Shown: piece after piece, positions 59,716 through 64,000 of the stretch
How positions within the stretch are numbered: the stretch's first letter is position 1
Layout: each line of letters starts with the position of its first letter
Assembly (NCBI GenBank): GCA_035506195.1
Contig: DATJPV010000028.1
Location: 8,711-72,710 of the forward strand
Origin: Patescibacteria group bacterium
GTDB lineage: Bacteria; Omnitrophota; Gorgyraeia; Gygaellales; Profunditerraquicolaceae
DNA length: 64,000 nt
Direction of reading: 5' to 3'
Notes under the pieces: model-generated
The model's input: only the letters and a program-made list of their open reading frames with translations
What the model was told of the DNA's origin: nothing
The model's database searches: none
Program-made: the position numbers and the translations under genes

Positions 59716-61164
59716 ATGCCTAAAATACTAAAGCTGGAATCCATCGAGAACGCCTCGGTTATACGCAAGTTCTCCGTTATATTCGCCCTGGTTTCATTCT
59801 TTCCCTTCGTTATCCTTGCTTCGCTCTTCTTTCTTTTAAGCCCCAAGGGCGGTTTGAGAATCGATTCCGGTTTATTCTTTTGGGCGGTATTTATCGCTGG
59901 GCTGCTGGCCTTTATCGGATTTTTGATCATGCGCAAGACGCTGGTCGGCTTGATACAGATAAGCCGGGACGCCCAGGATATCGCCAAAGGCAACTTATCT
60001 AAACGGATCGAGTTGGACGCGCACGGGGATAACGAAGTGAGCCAATTGGCGCGTACTTTTAATGAAGTCGTGCGGCAGCTGGAAAATAACATCAAGCAGC
60101 TTGAACAGTCGCGCGCCATGGTGCAAGAAGTGTTGATGCGGGTTGCCAGCGGCGTATCCTCTACCGAGAATGTAGACGCCTTTTTGGATTTGATACTCGA
60201 AACGACGGTGCATGCGCTCGATGGTAACACCGGCCTGCTCATGACTGTTGACGGAGAGCGCAACGAGCTGGTGGTAAAAAGTTCTTACGGCTTAAGCGAT
60301 CTCTACGCGTCGAACAAGCGCATCCCCATCGACGAAGAGGTAGCGGGATGGGTAATCAAGCAGAAAAAACCCCTGCTTGTCCCCCGCCTGCACAAAACAG
60401 ACGGCTCTGCCCCCAGCGTCCCTTCGGCGTTTGAGCCTCCACTTATATGCGCGCCGTTGGTATTCCAAAATAAAGTAGTAGGCGCGGTGTCCATAAGCGG
60501 AAAAAAGCAGGATATGCACTTTAAGGAAGACGAACTGATTATCCTTTCCAATTTGGCCTCGCAGGTCGCTTTAGCCATAGAGAACGCGCGGTTAAACGCC
60601 AACAACATCAGGGCATACCTAGAAACCATTACCGCCTTAGCCCTGGCCGTGGAGGCGCGTGATGTATACAGCCGGGGCCATTCTGACCGGGTTGGCGACT
60701 ATGCCGTGAAAATAGCCCACACCTTGGGGCTTGACGAACGTAAAGTGCAGACCATCAAAGAAGCGGCGCAGTTACATGACGTCGGCAAGATCGGCATAAG
60801 CGATGACATTCTCAGGAAGCCGGATGATTTAAATGAGCTGGAACGCAACATCATGGAGCAGCATCCCATCATAGGAGAGGGGATCATCGTTCCTTTGCAG
60901 GGACTGGCACATTTAAAAGAGCCGGTTCGCCACCACCACGAATGGCTTAATGGCCAGGGGTATCCAGACCACCTAAAAGGAGAGGCCCTTTCGTTAGAGG
61001 CAAGGATCCTGGCGGTGGCCGACAGCTTTGACGCCATGATTACCAACAGGCCTTACCGTAAGGCCATGACTCCTCTTGAAGCCAAGGAAGACCTGCTGAA
61101 ACATAAGGGCATCCGGTATGATGCGGCAGTGGTGGATGCGTTAATACGCGCCCTCAATCTTTAA
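59716..61164 (+). CDS. Membrane HAMP-GAF-HD-GYP cyclic dinucleotide phosphodiesterase
   Basis: Two TMs, HAMP (NEV.QLA..FN), GAF (ICAPL....VVG), GHS.RV, LHDVGKIG, HHE..NG.GYP, RPYR. Confidence 0.9.
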   Translation: MPKILKLESIENASVIRKFSVIFALVSFFPFVILASLFFLLSPKGGLRIDSGLFFWAVFIAGLLAFIGFLIMRKTLVGLIQISRDAQDIAKGNLSKRIELDAHGDNEVSQLARTFNEVVRQLENNIKQLEQSRAMVQEVLMRVASGVSSTENVDAFLDLILETTVHALDGNTGLLMTVDGERNELVVKSSYGLSDLYASNKRIPIDEEVAGWVIKQKKPLLVPRLHKTDGSAPSVPSAFEPPLICAPLVFQNKVVGAVSISGKKQDMHFKEDELIILSNLASQVALAIENARLNANNIRAYLETITALALAVEARDVYSRGHSDRVGDYAVKIAHTLGLDERKVQTIKEAAQLHDVGKIGISDDILRKPDDLNELERNIMEQHPIIGEGIIVPLQGLAHLKEPVRHHHEWLNGQGYPDHLKGEALSLEARILAVADSFDAMITNRPYRKAMTPLEAKEDLLKHKGIRYDAAVVDALIRALNL

Positions 61165-61170
61165 TTTACC

Positions 61171-61199
61171 TTGACAAAGACAGCCCCGGATGTTATAGT
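61171..61199 (+). promoter_or_regulatory. pyr operon promoter
   Basis: TTGACA-17-TATAGT. Confidence 0.75.
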
Positions 61200-61212
61200 T
61201 ATTAAGACACGC

Positions 61213-61250
61213 AACCTTTAAGCTGGCTCTTGAGAAGCTGGCAAGGGAAA
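61213..61250 (+). promoter_or_regulatory. PyrR-binding (anti-antiterminator) leader element
   Basis: CCTTTAA...GGCTCTTGAGAAGCT...AAGGG resembles the PyrR-binding stem-loop; it lies upstream of a terminator and pyrR. Confidence 0.55.
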
Positions 61251-61279
61251 AACCATGGGGATATACGACAAAAGAGCAG

Positions 61280-61872
<593 letters not shown>

Positions 61873-61878
61873 GGCCGG

Positions 61879-62829
61879 ATGGCGAGCTGGGGAAGAAAAG
61901 ATTTGTTGGGTCTTGAGGAGCTCAGCCGGGAAGAGATCGAGCTCCTTTTAGCTACTGCCGAGTCCTTCAAGGAAGTATCCAGCCGCGATATCAAAAAAGT
62001 CCCCGCCTTACGCGGCAAGACGGTAGTGAATTTATTCTACGAGCCGTCGACAAGGACGCGCGTCTCTTTCGAAGTGGCCGCCAAGAGGCTCTCCGCGGAT
62101 GTCATCAACATCGCCGTTGAGACCTCCAGCGTGCGCAAGGGGGAGACCCTCATTGATACCGGCAAGAACATCCAGGCGCTCAAGGCCGATATTGTCGTGA
62201 TGCGGCACAATCATTCCGGCGCAGCGGTAATACTGGCGCGGCACCTGGATATCAGCGTAGTCAACGCCGGAGACGGATGGCATGAGCATCCGACGCAGGC
62301 CCTGTTGGACATGTTCACCCTTAAGGAAAAGCTGGGAAGGATAGAGGGGTTACGGGTTAGTATTGTAGGCGACATCGCGCATTCGCGCGTGGCGCGTTCC
62401 AACATTTGGGGCCTGCTTAAATTAGGCGCCCAGGTGACCGTATGCGCCCCTAAAATGCTTATCCCGGTCGGCTTTGAACAGACAGGCGTGCGGGTAACCT
62501 GCGACATCGGCGAAGCCCTTAAGGACGCCGATGCGGTCAATGTGTTGCGGATGCAGTTTGAACGCGACGGAGAAAGCGCCTTCCCTACGCAGATGGAATA
62601 CTTCAGGAATTTTGGTATCACCAAAGAGCGGCTTGCCAAAGCGAAGAAAGACATTATCGTTATGCACCCGGGCCCCTTGAACCGCGGAATCGAAATCGCC
62701 AGCGACGTAGCCGACGGCCGTAATTCCGTCATACTAGAACAAGTTACTAACGGCATCGCCGTCAGGATGGCGGTGCTGTTTTTGGTAGCCCAGGCAAGAG
62801 ACGGGAATAATAATGAGCATACTGATTAA
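61879..62829 (+). CDS. pyrB: Aspartate carbamoyltransferase catalytic subunit
   Basis: FYEPSTRTRVSFE, NAGDG.HEHPTQALLD, HSRVARS, MHPGP.NRG. Confidence 0.97.
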   Translation: MASWGRKDLLGLEELSREEIELLLATAESFKEVSSRDIKKVPALRGKTVVNLFYEPSTRTRVSFEVAAKRLSADVINIAVETSSVRKGETLIDTGKNIQALKADIVVMRHNHSGAAVILARHLDISVVNAGDGWHEHPTQALLDMFTLKEKLGRIEGLRVSIVGDIAHSRVARSNIWGLLKLGAQVTVCAPKMLIPVGFEQTGVRVTCDIGEALKDADAVNVLRMQFERDGESAFPTQMEYFRNFGITKERLAKAKKDIIVMHPGPLNRGIEIASDVADGRNSVILEQVTNGIAVRMAVLFLVAQARDGNNNEHTD

Positions 62830-64000
62830 GAACGGTCGGGTTATCGACCCGTCGCGCGCAGTTGACGCAGTAATGGACGTGTTGGTGGAAAAGGCCAAGA
62901 TATCCAAGGTTGCCGCCAACATTACGCAAAAGGCCGATACCGTTATCGATGCAGGCGGCAAAATTGTCATGCCGGGCATCGTAGATATGCACGTACACCT
63001 GCGGGAACCGGGCAGGGAAGACAAAGAAACTATCGCCAGCGGCACCAGGGCCGCTGCGAAGGGCGGAGTAACCAGCGTCCTTGCCATGCCTAACACCGAT
63101 CCCGCCATGGATTCTTCGGGTAACATCAGGCTATTGCAGGGAATTATTAAAAAGACCGCCGGTATTGACGTGTTTATCTGCGGGGCCATTACTGCAGGCA
63201 GGGCCGGGAAAAAGCTGGTTGAGGTCTCAGTCTTAAAAAGACAAGGGGTTATCGCCATTTCCGATGACGGCGCTTCTGTTGATGCGGAAACGTTAATGCG
63301 GCAGGCCTTGCAGAAAGCCAAAACGCATAAGATTCTGGTTATCGCCCATTGCGAGGACAAGCTTTTGTCGGGGGAAGGAGTGGTGAACGCAGGGTTTACT
63401 TCAACGCGGCTGGGGCTGCGCGGTCTTCCCAGGGAATCGGAATACCGGCGGGTAGAAAGGGACGTTGGTCTTGCCAAAAAAACGCGCGCAGCCATCCATA
63501 TTGCCCATGTCAGTTGCAGGGAATCGGTAGAGATCATCGCGGATGCGAAAAAGAAAGGCGTGTCGGTTACCGCAGAAACCGCGCCGCATTATTTTTCTTT
63601 AACCGAAGAGGCGCTTCTGGGCTACGATACGAATATGAAGATGAATCCGCCCCTGCGCAGCCCCGACGATATCCGGGCGATCAAGGAGGGGCTGCAGAAG
63701 GGCGTGATCGATGTTATCGCCTCGGACCACGCACCGCACACCGAGAACGAGAAGGATATTGAATTCGACCGCGCCGCGTTCGGGGTAATCGGGCTGGAAA
63801 CGGAACTGGCCGTGAGCATCACCGAACTGGTTCGCCCAGGGCTGCTCAGCTGGACTCAATTGGTAGCCAAGTGCGCTACCAACCCTGGCCGGATCCTGGG
63901 TATCGGCAAGGGCAGCCTAGCCGTCGGCTGCGACGCGGATATCGCTGTAGTTGCTGCAGATACTCCCTGGACCGTCCGCAAGGAAGACATCGTATCCAAG
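62813..64000 (+). CDS. pyrC: Dihydroorotase (3' end outside window)
   Basis: MSILIKNGRVIDP, DMHVHLREPG, AMPNT.P, HCED, KMNPPLR, ASDHAPH; open to the window end. Confidence 0.93.
   Translation, partial: MSILIKNGRVIDPSRAVDAVMDVLVEKAKISKVAANITQKADTVIDAGGKIVMPGIVDMHVHLREPGREDKETIASGTRAAAKGGVTSVLAMPNTDPAMDSSGNIRLLQGIIKKTAGIDVFICGAITAGRAGKKLVEVSVLKRQGVIAISDDGASVDAETLMRQALQKAKTHKILVIAHCEDKLLSGEGVVNAGFTSTRLGLRGLPRESEYRRVERDVGLAKKTRAAIHIAHVSCRESVEIIADAKKKGVSVTAETAPHYFSLTEEALLGYDTNMKMNPPLRSPDDIRAIKEGLQKGVIDVIASDHAPHTENEKDIEFDRAAFGVIGLETELAVSITELVRPGLLSWTQLVAKCATNPGRILGIGKGSLAVGCDADIAVVAADTPWTVRKEDIVSK

Overview
Bacterial chromosomal window spanning the replication origin. Almost all genes from 887 to 44299 are on the - strand and all genes from 44598 onward are on the + strand, diverging at rpmH/dnaA. 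DnaA boxes, a parS site and parA/parB lie next to the switch. The lineage is inferred, not proven, to be Candidatus Omnitrophota-like (anaerobic 2-oxoacid:ferredoxin oxidoreductase, MetV-like protein, large modular secreted protein). Contents in order: (1) a lower-GC surface-glycan cluster behind tRNA-Gln (DxD glycosyltransferase, glf, radical SAM, CmoA-like Cx-SAM synthase, SAM-fold transferase, DUF707-like protein, deacetylase, ArnT-like GT); (2) a pilin/HAMP/PilZ module; (3) core genes (gltX, oxidoreductase subunits, dxs, xseAB, rny, ygfA, iscU, UvrD-like helicase, rarA, 6S RNA, pheST, Trk system, rplT-rpmI-infC-thrS, tRNAs, coaC-rpoZ-gmk-yicC-ndk-parBA, yidC-yidD-rpmH, dnaA-dnaN-DUF721-gyrBA, glmS, rsmI); (4) a 1516-aa secreted multi-module protein, an HD-GYP protein and the start of the pyr operon. 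Best candidates for undescribed biology are the 1516-aa signal-peptide protein with GNAT-like, kinase-like and methyltransferase modules separated by recurring [AV]SS linkers and ending in a GGIDF tail, and the CmoA homologue inside a glycan locus (possible glycan carboxymethylation). Other notable features are the absence of rnpA from its usual position, tRNAs abutting CDSs with 4-9 nt gaps, GNA-triloop tandem repeats, and an unannotated small membrane protein in the Trk operon. All calls come from reading motifs by eye; no database searches were run.
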